32,000 bases of DNA from Geotalea uraniireducens Rf4. Its GTDB lineage: Bacteria; Desulfobacterota; Desulfuromonadia; Geobacterales; Geobacteraceae. Within the stretch, counting starts at the first letter, position 1, and the number at the start of each line of letters is the position of its first letter. Both the position numbers and the translations under genes were made by a program. Of this stretch, positions 9,915 to 19,512 are shown one piece after another. Under the pieces are notes generated by a model. That model saw only the letters and a list, made by a program, of their open reading frames with translations, ran no database searches and was not told the DNA's origin. Where the stretch lies: positions 4,260,001-4,292,000 of the forward strand of contig NC_009483.1 in assembly GCF_000016745.1 (NCBI RefSeq). The letters are read 5' to 3'.

Positions 9915-9935
9915 AATTGTATACAGTATGCAATT
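9915..9935. promoter_or_regulatory. Near-perfect 10-1-10 palindrome AATTGTATAC-A-GTATGCAATT in the sfrB / aminopeptidase divergent intergenic region (candidate operator)
   Basis: Read directly from the sequence, with one mismatch between the arms. It lies about 85-100 nt upstream of the sfrB GTG in an A/T-rich region. Confidence 0.3.
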
Positions 9936-10135
9936 ATTAGCACAAGACATATTCATAAATCAAGGGAAAAATCGTAAATCATCCGCTTTTACTGAAGGTT
10001 GCCAGCCGTCTCCCTCTCTGGTATACATAACTTTCATGCCTGGCAAAATTGGTTTTCTGCCCTGATACGGGAATCAATGAATCGCCCGGCACAAAATACA
10101 TTTTGGCACGCCACGCCATGCAAGGAGAACCTGTC

Positions 10136-11260
10136 ATGTACAGCAAAGCCTTCTCGGATCTTTTCAGCATCAACATGGGGGTAAAAAGCGGGGAGCGCAT
10201 CCTGGTCTTCAGCGATACGATCCGCCCCGACGAAACGCCATCTGCGGCTGATGCGGACCGCCGCGCCAGGCTGTTGCAGACCGCTGCTGATGCGGCTGCC
10301 TATGCCGGGAAGATATACGGCAACACCACTTTCATCTCGTTCCCCGCCACCACCGCCTCCGGCGCTGAACCGCCGGAAGCTCTCTGGCGAGCAGCCTTGG
10401 GTGACAGTGCTGCCGACAAGCTCGTGGAGGCTGGCATCCTGCCACGGCTTCTATCCAAGGAGGCCACCCCGGAAGAAGTCGAACGAGCCAGAGAAATCGT
10501 CATTATGGGAAAAGGAGCCGTTGCCGATGTGGTAATTGCTCTCGCCAACAATTCCACCAGCCACACACGCTTCCGCTCCCTGATAAACGCCGCCGGCGGA
10601 CGCTTCGCCAGCCTTCCCCACTTCGACCCAGCGATGTTTTTCACCTCCATGCAAGTCGACTGGCAGGCCCTTGTCGAACGAACCGCCAAGCTCGCCGGAG
10701 AAATAAACGGTGCCGTGGAAATCGAAGTGACCACCCCCAACGGCAGCCGGATGCGTATCGGCAAGCAGGGAAGGATTGCCGAAGGGGACGACGGCCTTTT
10801 AACCGCGCCGGGTAGCTTTGGCAACCTGCCGGCCGGCGAAGTCTATCTGGCGCCGCTGGAAGGAACATGTGAAGGAATAATGGTTCTGGAGTATGCGCCA
10901 AACCGCAAACTCGTCTCGCCGATTGAGCTTGTAGTTAAGAACGGGATTGTCACCGAGATTCGCGGCGATGAACCGTACAGACATAAACTGGAGCAGAAAT
11001 TCGCTGAGAGCGCAAAAAATCGGAATATCGCCGAGCTGGGAATCGGCACCAACGACAAGGCGAGCAGGCCGGACAACATCCTCGAAGCGGAAAAAATTCT
11101 CGGCACCATCCATATTGCCCTGGGGGACAATTCCGGCTTCGGCGGCACCGTCAGCACCCCGTTCCACGAGGACTACGTGTTTTACGAGCCGACGCTGACC
11201 GCCATCATGGCCGACGGGACGGAGAAAATCCTGCTGCGCCAAGGGCAACTTACTATCTGA
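10136..11260 (+). CDS. Aminopeptidase, peptidase family M29 (aminopeptidase T/AmpS-like)
   Basis: Track ORF 10049..11260, trimmed to the ATG at 10136, which is preceded by AAGGAGA. Motifs GNLPAGEVYLAP, ELGIGTN, GTIHIALGDN and PFHEDYV are typical of M29 enzymes. Confidence 0.75.
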   Translation: MYSKAFSDLFSINMGVKSGERILVFSDTIRPDETPSAADADRRARLLQTAADAAAYAGKIYGNTTFISFPATTASGAEPPEALWRAALGDSAADKLVEAGILPRLLSKEATPEEVERAREIVIMGKGAVADVVIALANNSTSHTRFRSLINAAGGRFASLPHFDPAMFFTSMQVDWQALVERTAKLAGEINGAVEIEVTTPNGSRMRIGKQGRIAEGDDGLLTAPGSFGNLPAGEVYLAPLEGTCEGIMVLEYAPNRKLVSPIELVVKNGIVTEIRGDEPYRHKLEQKFAESAKNRNIAELGIGTNDKASRPDNILEAEKILGTIHIALGDNSGFGGTVSTPFHEDYVFYEPTLTAIMADGTEKILLRQGQLTI

Positions 11261-11306
11261 CTCAATGGATTCGGCACACTTTCTCCAGTTTTGCCTTAAT
11301 TGCGAT

Positions 11307-11334
11307 TAAAGCCGGCGCCTATATATGCCGATAT
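11307..11334 (+). promoter_or_regulatory. Candidate sigma-28 (FliA) promoter upstream of the FapA-like gene
   Basis: TAAA (11307-11310), a 16-nt spacer, then GCCGATAT (11327-11334). The consensus is TAAA-N15-GCCGATAA. The site is about 60 nt upstream of the ATG at 11395. Confidence 0.35.
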
Positions 11335-11394
11335 GTACTGCATATACCCTCAGCCGCTGTCAATGCGGCAGGCAAACGTTAAAGGGGTGCTGAA

Positions 11395-13029
11395 ATGGCC
11401 GAAGAAGCAAAACAGGAGAAGGGATTAACCTTCCAGATAAGCCCAGACGGCGGCAAGTTACTCGCCACGTACGAGCCCGTCGCACAAAAAGTCCCAATCG
11501 ACACTGACTGGGTCTGGCAGGCGCTTGATGCTCAAAATTTATCAGACCTGTTCATTCTTGATGACGCTCTTTCCAATCTGGTAAAGAGGTGCGCCGTTGC
11601 CGCAGACCGATTCACGATGCAGATCGGGGAACGCAGGGATGGCACGCTGGCATTGACCGTTGCTCCAGATCTGATGTCGGCGTATATCACCATCACATCT
11701 GCATACGGCGGCAATGCCGTCACCTCCGAGCAGATACTCCAGGCTCTCCAGGAACAAAAAATTGTCAGCGGGATTCTCCATGATGAAATAGAAAAGGCTG
11801 TTGGTGAAAGGGAGGTCCTGAAAAGGGAAATTGCCAAAGGCCGTTCGCCGCAACCAGGAGAAGATTCCCAGTTTATCAGCCTGATCCCGGAAATGAGGGA
11901 AAGATGTCCCCTGGCAGACGACACGGACAACGTTGATTACCGCAATCTGGGCGGCATCGTCAGCGTCAAATCGGGCGACCCTTTGATGCGGCGCTATCCG
12001 GCGACCAAAGGGACGCCTGGCGAAAACATTCTGGGAACTCCGTTACCAACAACCGACGGCAACGACATAGCATTTACTCCGAACCTCAGTGGCACCGTCT
12101 TCGCGGAAAACGACAGTGATCTGCTTCTGGCAGCCATTTCCGGGCTACCCGTCCAGGTGGATCACGGCATCATTGTCGAACCGGTCATCAATCTCAAGAA
12201 TGTCGACCTCTCTTCCGGTAATCTGCACTTCGAAGGCACGGTAAACATCGCCGGTGATGTAAAAGCCGGGATGGAAGTAAAAGCAACGGGTGACATCATT
12301 ATCGGCGGCGTCGCCGAAGCCGCAAAGATCGAAGCCGGCGGCAACATCGAAATAAAAGGGGGGGTAATCGGCCAGAGAGAAGTGAGAAACCAAAAAGGCG
12401 AACTGAACCCCGACATTTCATACGTTCATGCCGGCGGCTCGGTCACCGCGCAATTTGTGGAGAACGCCTGCATTATCGCCGGCCGCGACATCAATATCCG
12501 TGAAGTGGCTATGAAGAGCGAACTCACCGCCGGAAACGAAGTAATAGTCGGAGAGCAAGGAATGAAAAAGGGGCACATCATCGGCGGCGTCTGTCGAGCC
12601 ACCACCCTTGTCCATGCCATCATTGCCGGCTCCCCCGCCAACGTCAGCACGAGAATTGAAGTCGGTGTCGATCCGTCCATCAGCGAAAAGCTCTCCATTG
12701 TCAAGCAGCAACTGGAGGAAAAGGAAAAACGACAGGAAGAAACCGCCAAGACATTGGCATACATCCGCGACAACCCGGCCAAGGTTGATGCAGGAATGGC
12801 CAGACTGAAGGAACGGGTCTACAACATCCAGCAAGCAGAAATCACAGAACTGACCGGACAAAAAAAACGCCTGCAAAAACGGCTTGAACTGGTCAACAAC
12901 GCCAGAATAGAAATAGAACGAACCGTATACTTCGGTGTCCATCTCATGGTTGGGGACAAGACCCTCCTGATCGAAGATGACCTGGAAAGCAAAACTTTCA
13001 CTCGCGGAGAAGAAGGAATCGCATACTGA
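11395..13029 (+). CDS. fapA: FapA-family (flagellar assembly protein A, DUF342) protein
   Basis: 544 aa. It shows the typical DUF342 organisation, with a beta-helix-like repetitive core (GNLHFEGTVNIAGDVKAGMEVKATGDIIIGG...GGNIEIKGGV...) followed by a C-terminal coiled coil. Confidence 0.75.
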   Translation: MAEEAKQEKGLTFQISPDGGKLLATYEPVAQKVPIDTDWVWQALDAQNLSDLFILDDALSNLVKRCAVAADRFTMQIGERRDGTLALTVAPDLMSAYITITSAYGGNAVTSEQILQALQEQKIVSGILHDEIEKAVGEREVLKREIAKGRSPQPGEDSQFISLIPEMRERCPLADDTDNVDYRNLGGIVSVKSGDPLMRRYPATKGTPGENILGTPLPTTDGNDIAFTPNLSGTVFAENDSDLLLAAISGLPVQVDHGIIVEPVINLKNVDLSSGNLHFEGTVNIAGDVKAGMEVKATGDIIIGGVAEAAKIEAGGNIEIKGGVIGQREVRNQKGELNPDISYVHAGGSVTAQFVENACIIAGRDINIREVAMKSELTAGNEVIVGEQGMKKGHIIGGVCRATTLVHAIIAGSPANVSTRIEVGVDPSISEKLSIVKQQLEEKEKRQEETAKTLAYIRDNPAKVDAGMARLKERVYNIQQAEITELTGQKKRLQKRLELVNNARIEIERTVYFGVHLMVGDKTLLIEDDLESKTFTRGEEGIAY

Positions 13030-13058
13030 ACCTTTATTGACGGAACTCCTTGCCGGTG

Positions 13059-13088
13059 TTGACAAAGGGCATCAGCTTAATGTTAAAT
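13059..13088 (+). promoter_or_regulatory. Candidate sigma-70 promoter for coaE
   Basis: TTGACA (13059-13064), an 18-nt spacer, then TTAAAT (13083-13088). Confidence 0.3.
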
Positions 13089-13115
13089 GGTGTCTGTACG
13101 CAAGGAGGTGAACCA

Positions 13116-13727
13116 GTGCACATAATCGGCTTGACGGGGGGAATCGCCTCAGGGAAAAGCACCGTTGCAAAACTGCTGGAGAGTCACGGAGCCGTAGTGA
13201 TCGATGCCGACCAACTTGCACGGGAAGTAGTGGCTCTGGAAGAACCGGCCTATAACGACATAGTCGCCGCCTTTGGCAAAAGTATCCTGAACGAGGACCG
13301 CACCATAAACCGCACGGCCTTGGGAAAGATCATCTTCTGCGACCCAGAGGCCCGGCGGCGGCTGGAAAGCATCACTCACCCTGCAATCGGCAAACGAGCA
13401 GAGGAAAAGCTTGCAGAACTTAAGATGGCTGGCACACGCGTGGTCATCTACATGGCGCCACTTCTCATTGAAGCCGGCGCCACCTCACGCGTCGATGAGA
13501 TCTGGGTTGTTTATGTGGACAGGGAAGTCCAGGTGAAAAGGGTGATGGAGCGGGACAACATAACCAGGGAAGAGGCTCTGCAAAAGATTGCCGCCCAAAT
13601 GCCCATGGAAGAGAAACGGCTCTACGGCTCGGAAGTAATCGACAATCGGGGAACACTGGATCAGTTGGAAAAACGGGTTAAGGTACTGTGGGAAACGAAA
13701 GTAACGGGTAAAACAGGGAAAATCTGA
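13116..13727 (+). CDS. coaE: Dephospho-CoA kinase
   Basis: Track ORF 13050..13727, trimmed to the GTG at 13116 after AAGGAGG. It begins VHIIGLTGGIASGKSTV (P-loop at the extreme N-terminus), followed by the D-A-D motif (IDADQLAREV). Confidence 0.9.
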   Translation: MHIIGLTGGIASGKSTVAKLLESHGAVVIDADQLAREVVALEEPAYNDIVAAFGKSILNEDRTINRTALGKIIFCDPEARRRLESITHPAIGKRAEEKLAELKMAGTRVVIYMAPLLIEAGATSRVDEIWVVYVDREVQVKRVMERDNITREEALQKIAAQMPMEEKRLYGSEVIDNRGTLDQLEKRVKVLWETKVTGKTGKI

Positions 13728-13740
13728 ACATCCGACAATA

Positions 13741-13925
13741 TAAGGAGCTGTAAATGAATAACAGGGTCAAAATTGCGCTCAGATTTAGGTCGGATTTGGC
13801 CGAACTGATTGAGCTAAACCGCAGACGTAGCACGGCTACGTTGAGGATTTGGCGATTGAAGATCGGCTAAAGATGACCTGAAGATGAGATGCAAGATGCC
13901 CATGTTATTTGTTTACAGTTCCTAA
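13741..13925. repeat. Element A: 185-bp imperfect palindromic (long-hairpin) intergenic element
   Basis: The termini are TAAGGAGCTGTAAATGAATAAC and GTTATTTGTTTACAGTTCCTAA, with 18 of 22 positions complementary. The arms are alignable by eye. The apex CGTAGCACGGCTACG (13826-13840) sits exactly at the element centre. The element starts 13 nt after the coaE stop. Confidence 0.7.
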
Positions 13926-13933
13926 GGTCTAAC

Positions 13934-13966
13934 AAAAAAGCCCCCGATGAATCGGGGGCTTTTTTG
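13934..13966. terminator. Bidirectional rho-independent terminator between coaE and the convergent IclR gene
   Basis: AAAAAAGCCCCCGATgaATCGGGGGCTTTTTT, immediately 3' of the IclR stop at 13967. Confidence 0.75.
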
Positions 13967-14749
13967 TTACTTATGATAACCAAGCTTGGAGGATATTTCT
14001 TCCGAAGCCTTTAAGACGAGAGGAATCAGCTCCTTCTCCAACCTTTCATCGGTAAACCTCATGGATGGACCGGAAATACTGACGGCTCCGATAATTCGCC
14101 GCGTGTAATCGCGGATGGGAGCACCGACGCATTTGACCCCCACATCCAGCTCTTCGTTGTCAATGGCATACCCCTGCTGGGCAACCTGTGCCAAGTATTT
14201 TTTCAATTCATCCCGATCGGTTATCGTATTCGGGGTGTAGCGCTTCATTTCCTTGGAAGGGAGGTAATTAGCCAGCTCCTCGTCGGTCATGTAGGCTATC
14301 TGCACCTTTCCCGCGGCAGTGCAGTAGGCTGGCAACCTGGCGCCTACACGCGGTACCACTCGCACGGTGAGATCGGTTTCGACAACGTCCAGATAAATGA
14401 TGTGGAACTCTTTCAGGATCGCAACATAGGTCGTTTCGTTGCATTCCCTGACCAACCATTCAAGGACGGGCCGTGACTGGCGAAGAAGTCCCATCTGCTT
14501 AATGAAGGTCTGTCCCAGTTCGAGGGTCTTGAGCCCCAGTCGATAGTTCTCCGTGACCTTATTCTGCTCGATGTAATTCCTGGACTCAAGGGTTGCCAGC
14601 AACCTGAAAACATTGTTTTTATGCAGCTTCAGGCGCTTACTCAACTCGGTCACACCGAGCTCGTCCACATCGTCATGGAACTGCTCCAAAAGATCAAGCG
14701 CATGGGAAACTGCCTGAATAATATACTCTGATTTTTCTTTTTTTGCCAT
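13967..14749 (-). CDS. IclR-family transcriptional regulator
   Basis: 260 aa. It has an N-terminal wHTH (LGVTELSKRLKLHKNNVFRLLATLE) and a C-terminal IclR effector domain (GVKCVGAPIRD...GAVSISGP). Confidence 0.9.
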   Translation of the reverse strand: MAKKEKSEYIIQAVSHALDLLEQFHDDVDELGVTELSKRLKLHKNNVFRLLATLESRNYIEQNKVTENYRLGLKTLELGQTFIKQMGLLRQSRPVLEWLVRECNETTYVAILKEFHIIYLDVVETDLTVRVVPRVGARLPAYCTAAGKVQIAYMTDEELANYLPSKEMKRYTPNTITDRDELKKYLAQVAQQGYAIDNEELDVGVKCVGAPIRDYTRRIIGAVSISGPSMRFTDERLEKELIPLVLKASEEISSKLGYHK

Positions 14750-15147
14750 TGGTTACACCTACTTGATTTAAATTCCAACAGGATTTCATAAGCTTTTTAG
14801 CAGAATATGTCAAGGCATTTATCAATCACATTAAATACTCATCAAACATCCTCTTTATTATTTCATAACATAAATAAAAGGTTTGCCATATACTGGCCAA
14901 TCAAGCGGAGATCTCCCAAGAGTAAAAAACCCAAGTTCGAATCTTCAGCGGATACAATTGCAATAAATTGATAAAATACCTGTTTGAAAATATAGAATAG
15001 TGTTTTATACTTGTCAAGCAAGAAAAATTACATGCCTATAATTAGACCATGTTTGAGACATTTAACAAACGATATTAAATAGTTAGACATTATCATCAAA
15101 CCAACGAATCATGCCGGCTGTTATACTTGGTGGAGGAGATTTTATTT

Positions 15148-15603
15148 ATGCTGAACCTGCGAAAAAAAATTCTTGTCGCAATTGACGGCTCCCCCCTTTC
15201 CGACAAAGCCGCCGAAGAAGCGGTACGCATGGCGGTCGGCAACCCGAGTCAATTTAAAAGCAAGATATATGCCATGCTGGTTTTACCTAACGCCCCTCGC
15301 AATACATTTACCGACTTTGTCCCCGCAGCCCCTATTACCGAATCCAAGGAATGGGCAGAATTACGTGAACGAATCCTTTATGTAATTGAAAAGGATGCCA
15401 AGGAAGCAGGAATACCCCTGGAAATCAAGGTCGTCTACGGAGATCCGGCCGATGAACTGCTGAAGTTTGCGGAAAGGGAAGAAATCGACGTCATCGTCAT
15501 CGGCAGCTCAGGAAAAGGCTTTCTCAAAAGGAAACTGCTTGGCAGCGTATCTCACAAAGTCGCAAAATATGCCAAATGCTCCGTCTACATAATCAGGGGA
15601 TAA
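15148..15603 (+). CDS. Universal stress protein (UspA family)
   Basis: Track ORF trimmed to the ATG at 15148, 9 nt after GGAGGAG. It contains ILVAIDGSPLSDKA and the C-terminal VIGSSGKG...LGSVSHKVAKYAKCSVYII ATP-binding motif. Confidence 0.85.
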   Translation: MLNLRKKILVAIDGSPLSDKAAEEAVRMAVGNPSQFKSKIYAMLVLPNAPRNTFTDFVPAAPITESKEWAELRERILYVIEKDAKEAGIPLEIKVVYGDPADELLKFAEREEIDVIVIGSSGKGFLKRKLLGSVSHKVAKYAKCSVYIIRG

Positions 15604-15636
15604 AATCCTTTACATCATGCCTGCGTACATACGATC

Positions 15637-15665
15637 TTGACAAAAAAGGTCGTCCTCTCTATGAT
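15637..15665 (+). promoter_or_regulatory. Candidate sigma-70 promoter of the sensor kinase gene
   Basis: TTGACA (15637-15642), a 17-nt spacer, then TATGAT (15660-15665). It lies about 40 nt upstream of the ATG at 15705. Confidence 0.5.
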
Positions 15666-15704
15666 TACCTTAATTTAATCTCTCTCATTTAGCCTGACCG
15701 CTCC

Positions 15705-17288
15705 ATGGAGTGTTATGCTTTGCGTCTGCGCCTGATATCAAAACTAACCATTTCCACAAACATGGTATTGCTGATTTTCATGGTTATTTTTGCCTATGTA
15801 AACCTTGCAGCGTTAAAAAAGCTCCTTATCGAAGAAGCAGTTACAGACGCCGACAAACTGGGTGAAACCATCATCCGCGCCACCCAACACCAGATGGTTC
15901 ATGATGACCGTCAACGGATCCAGCAAGTGATAAAAGAAGTGGGGGCTGAAAAGGGAATCGACCACATCAGGATGATCAATAAAAACGGCCGCATCATTTA
16001 TTCCACCCAGGAGGAGGAAATAGGCACATTTCTCGACAAAAAAGCGGAAGCCTGCAACATGTGCCATTCCAGCAGTAACCCACGGACACACGCTTCCTCC
16101 ATGAACAGAAGCAGGATCTTTACCAGGCATGATGGAAAACAGCTTCTGGGCCTGGCCAAGGCCATTTATAACGAAGAGAGCTGTTTCTCCGCCAAGTGCC
16201 ACTTTCATCCCGAACGTTTCAGGGTTCTGGGCGTACTCGATGTTACCGTCCCCCTTGATCGCATGAATGCCCAGCTCAACTCCTACCGAGGCACAACCAT
16301 TGCTGTCACCATCCTCCTTATGGGGCTCATCTCACTCTGCATCACCATCTTCATTCAGCAACTGGTCAACCAACCGGTGCAACAACTTCTGAAGCACACC
16401 GAACAACTGGCGCGGGGAGAAATGGATACCAGTGTTTCCTTTACTTCGGGGGGTGAACTGGGAGAACTGGCTGACAGTTTCAACAATATGACGATGAAGC
16501 TCAAACGGGCAAGAGCCGAACTGGAGGACTGGGGAAAGAACCTGGAATCCAAGGTCGAAGAACGGACCCATGAGATTACGGATATCCAGGCACAGCTCAT
16601 TCGCTCGGAAAAACTTGCATCCCTCGGGGAACTTGTGGCCGGCATAGCCCACGAAATCAACAATCCGCTGACGGGTATCCTGGTTTTCTCCTCCCTTGTC
16701 AGCAAGGACCCTAAACTTGACCCATCCCTGAAAGATGACCTGGAGATCGTCGTTCAGCAGACAGAGCGCTGCAGTCAGATAGTCAAAGGACTCCTGGATT
16801 TTTCCAGGGAGTCGGTCCCCCAGAAAAAGTTTTCATCCCTTAACCGCATCATGGACATGTCACTTTCCCTCATCGAGCGTCAGGTGCTTTTCCAGAATAT
16901 CACCATAACGAAAGATTACAGCACTGACTTACCGGATATGCTGCTGGACCCCAACCAGGTCGAACAGGTTTTTGTCAATATGATCCTCAATGCCGGTCAG
17001 TCCATGCTTGATGGCGGCGATCTCCAGATCTGCACCGGCATGACAACGGACGGCTGTCACGAGTTTGTCAGTATATCCGATACCGGCTGCGGCATTTCAG
17101 AGGAAAACCTGGTGAAGATATTTGATCCTTTCTTCACCACCAAGTCAACCAAAGGGACCGGCCTGGGTCTGTCGGTTTCCTACGGGATCATCAATAATCA
17201 CAGTGGAACGATAGAGGTGGAGAGTAAGGTGGGAAGCGGCACGACTTTTACCATCATGCTGCCGACTAGACTAACAGAAATACTTTAA
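15705..17288 (+). CDS. Sensor histidine kinase: TM, periplasmic domain with CXXCH plus CX4CH motifs, TM, HAMP, DHp and HATPase
   Basis: 527 aa. The periplasmic segment contains CNMCH and CFSAKCHFH. HAMP is followed by the H-box AGIAHEINNPL, the N-box NMILNAGQSM, G1 ISDTGCGI and G2 GTGLGLSVS. Confidence 0.85.
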   Translation: MECYALRLRLISKLTISTNMVLLIFMVIFAYVNLAALKKLLIEEAVTDADKLGETIIRATQHQMVHDDRQRIQQVIKEVGAEKGIDHIRMINKNGRIIYSTQEEEIGTFLDKKAEACNMCHSSSNPRTHASSMNRSRIFTRHDGKQLLGLAKAIYNEESCFSAKCHFHPERFRVLGVLDVTVPLDRMNAQLNSYRGTTIAVTILLMGLISLCITIFIQQLVNQPVQQLLKHTEQLARGEMDTSVSFTSGGELGELADSFNNMTMKLKRARAELEDWGKNLESKVEERTHEITDIQAQLIRSEKLASLGELVAGIAHEINNPLTGILVFSSLVSKDPKLDPSLKDDLEIVVQQTERCSQIVKGLLDFSRESVPQKKFSSLNRIMDMSLSLIERQVLFQNITITKDYSTDLPDMLLDPNQVEQVFVNMILNAGQSMLDGGDLQICTGMTTDGCHEFVSISDTGCGISEENLVKIFDPFFTTKSTKGTGLGLSVSYGIINNHSGTIEVESKVGSGTTFTIMLPTRLTEIL

Positions 17289-17404
17289 AAATGAAGGGGA
17301 CTAGTTTTCTTCAGAGCGATGACTGCCGCCACGACTGAATAGGGCAATGCATACAAATATCAGCACAAAGTTCCAATGCTTCCACACATACCCGGATTGT
17401 GCTG

Positions 17405-18820
17405 CTAACTGCTGGCCTGGTTTCTGATCGAAATACCAAGCTTCTTTATCAGCGCCTGGAAGTTCGGCCGCAGCATGCCGGTTTCTTCAGCCGCACGGGT
17501 GATGTTCCAGTTGTTCCGTTTCAGCGCATTGAGGGCAAAGGCCTTTTCTACGGGCTCCACTGCGCGTTCCCGAATATGCCGTTTAGTTTCTTTCAATTCG
17601 TCGGCGCTTTGCGGAATAAATCCTGAAATAAGGCAGCTTTCGTCTCCGCCAGGCAAGGTAAGCTCAAGATTCTCCTTCTGGATAAGCCCCCCTTCAACCA
17701 GAACGACGGCCCGTTCAACAATGTTCTCGAGCTCGCGTACATTGCCGGTAAAGGGGTATTCCTCCAGCAATGCAAGGGCGTCAGGAGCCAATCCCCGGAT
17801 TTCCTTACCCATTTCTTCAGCAAATTTCTTCAGGAAGTGCGCTATCAGGAGCGGCAGATCCCCCTTCCTGTCCCGCAAAGGAGGAAGGTCTACCGGGATT
17901 ATATTGAGACGGAAAAACAGGTCTTCCCGGAAGCTTCCTTCGGCAACGAGGGTTCTGAGGTTCCTGTTGGTGGCCGCCACCAGACGGATATTGATCGGGA
18001 TGGGCTGTGTCCCGCCGATGGGGGTAACCTCGCGCTCCTGAAGAACCCGCAGCAATTTGGCCTGGGTAGTCAGGCTGATATTGGCGACCTCGTCCAGAAA
18101 AAGCGTTCCGCCATCGGCAACTTTAAAAAGCCCCATCTTGGTATGAACGGCTCCGGTAAAAGAACCTTTGACATGACCGAACAACTCTGATTCCAGCAGG
18201 TTTTCTGCCAGAGATGTGCAGTCCACTGCGACAAAGGGTTGGTCCCGCCGCTGGCTGTTCTTATGGATCGCACATGCAACGAGCTCTTTACCCGTGCCGC
18301 TTTCACCCGTTATGAGAACGCTACTATCGGTCGGCGCCACCTGCATGATCCGCCGATACACCTTTTGCATCTCCCGGCTTGCACCGATGAACATATCGAA
18401 GCCGTGATTATCCCGCAGCTCCTTGCGCAGATACATGTCATCGAACAGCACAGCTTTCTGCTCCAAGGCGTTTTCGACTTTTTCGATAATTTCTTCAGGG
18501 GTGAAAGGCTTGGCGATATAATCGACTGCACCGTTTTTCATGACTTCAACTGCGGTATCTACCGAGGAATAACCGGTGATGATAATAACCGGCATCTCAG
18601 GCTGAAGGACCTTAATGCTCTTCAAGACCTCCATGCCCCCCATTCCCGGCATTTTCAGGTCGGTTATAAGCAAGTCGAATGCCTCCGCCTGCAGCTTTTC
18701 AATGGCAAGATACCCGTTAGCAAAGGTTTCAACCGTAAACCCGCCACCATCGAGAATGCGGCGCATCCCCTCCCTGATAACCGCTTCATCATCGACGACC
18801 AGAATACGCTTTCTCACCAT
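17405..18820 (-). CDS. Sigma-54-dependent response regulator (NtrC family: REC, AAA+ and Fis-type HTH)
   Basis: Track ORF 17405..18898, trimmed to the ATG at 18820 (MVRKRILVVDDE...). The receiver has the acceptor Asp in LLITDLKMPG. Walker A is GESGTGKE, and the GAFTGA-type loop is GSFTGA. The C-terminal HTH is NWNITRAAEETGMLRPNFQALIKKL. Confidence 0.9.
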   Translation of the reverse strand: MVRKRILVVDDEAVIREGMRRILDGGGFTVETFANGYLAIEKLQAEAFDLLITDLKMPGMGGMEVLKSIKVLQPEMPVIIITGYSSVDTAVEVMKNGAVDYIAKPFTPEEIIEKVENALEQKAVLFDDMYLRKELRDNHGFDMFIGASREMQKVYRRIMQVAPTDSSVLITGESGTGKELVACAIHKNSQRRDQPFVAVDCTSLAENLLESELFGHVKGSFTGAVHTKMGLFKVADGGTLFLDEVANISLTTQAKLLRVLQEREVTPIGGTQPIPINIRLVAATNRNLRTLVAEGSFREDLFFRLNIIPVDLPPLRDRKGDLPLLIAHFLKKFAEEMGKEIRGLAPDALALLEEYPFTGNVRELENIVERAVVLVEGGLIQKENLELTLPGGDESCLISGFIPQSADELKETKRHIRERAVEPVEKAFALNALKRNNWNITRAAEETGMLRPNFQALIKKLGISIRNQASS

Positions 18821-19324
18821 TTCGCTTACCCCTTCACTGTCTGAATGTTCCATATCGCTCAATATGGCAAAGCATGTCCGGTTTATACACTGCTCCAATC
18901 CCCGCCAGATAAGCCATCAACCAGCGCAGCAATTTTCACGCCGATTTCATTTTTAGCCATTTCAAAGAATTTGTCCCGTTCAACAGCCACAACACCCGGC
19001 CCGTTTTTACTCGGCATTTTCCCGTCAGGAGTGGCAATGAAGCTGCTTAACGTCGCATAGATACGCGGCGCACCCAGGACAATCTTAAAATATATTAAGT
19101 AAACAATATTGGTAAGTCAAGCGCTAAACGCTTTCAACAAATGAGTGAAGCAAAAAACTATTTCATCATCGATCCCAACAGACAAAGGGTTTCCGTACCG
19201 TTGCATAAATAGCCACACATGGTGTATTTTTAATTATACATGCACCAAGCGAAAAGGCAAAGCATGTGATTACAATAGGTTAGAACAATAACACCCTTCA
19301 ACACCCATGCCCATCCACCTATTT

Positions 19325-19345
19325 ACGTATAAAATTTATATACGT
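19325..19345. promoter_or_regulatory. Inverted repeat ACGTATA-N7-TATACGT, a candidate enhancer (UAS) for the adjacent sigma-54 activator
   Basis: Read directly from the sequence. It lies about 100-120 nt upstream of the -24/-12 element. An A/T-rich stretch with an IHF-like TTTCAACACATTA (about 19403-19416) lies in between. Confidence 0.3.
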
Positions 19346-19441
19346 TACTCCGTTTTGCCCCGAAAGTGACTGCCTCAACAACAAGCAAAAACATCTTTTA
19401 TTTCAACACATTAACACCGTTAATTAATAAAATATTAATCG

Positions 19442-19458
19442 CGGCACAGTCGGTGCAA
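19442..19458 (+). promoter_or_regulatory. Sigma-54 (-24/-12) promoter
   Basis: cGGCACagtcgGTGCAa. GG is at 19443-19444 and GC at 19455-19456, which is the canonical spacing of TGGCAC-N5-TTGCA. It lies about 55 nt upstream of the ATG at 19513 and next to a divergent sigma-54 activator gene. Confidence 0.65.
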
Positions 19459-19512
19459 TACCATGTTTGTAAAAAGCAGCAAATCCAAGAAATGCCTTAA
19501 AAGGAGGATGCC

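Noticed and set aside
13755-13871. 38-aa ORF inside element A (MNNRVKIAL...) with AAGGAG upstream, and a 42-aa ORF inside element D (ATG at 25723)
   Set aside because: The RBS-like AGGAG is part of the terminal inverted repeats. The ORFs lie in palindromic DNA and share only the first two residues. They are most likely fortuitous.
14750-15147. Sigma-70 promoter (TTGTCA...TATAAT near 15011-15042) and possible IclR operator in the 400-bp A/T-rich IclR/usp intergenic region
   Set aside because: The -35/-10 spacing is 20 nt, which is too long. No convincing palindrome was found. A/T richness alone generates many hexamer look-alikes.
18883-19017. 44-aa minus-strand ORF (MPSKNGPGVVAVERDKFFEMAKNEIGVKIAALVDGLSGGDWSSV) just upstream of the sigma-54 activator gene
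   Set aside because: It is protein-like in composition but has only a weak RBS, and I recognise no family. It needs conservation or Ribo-seq support before being called.
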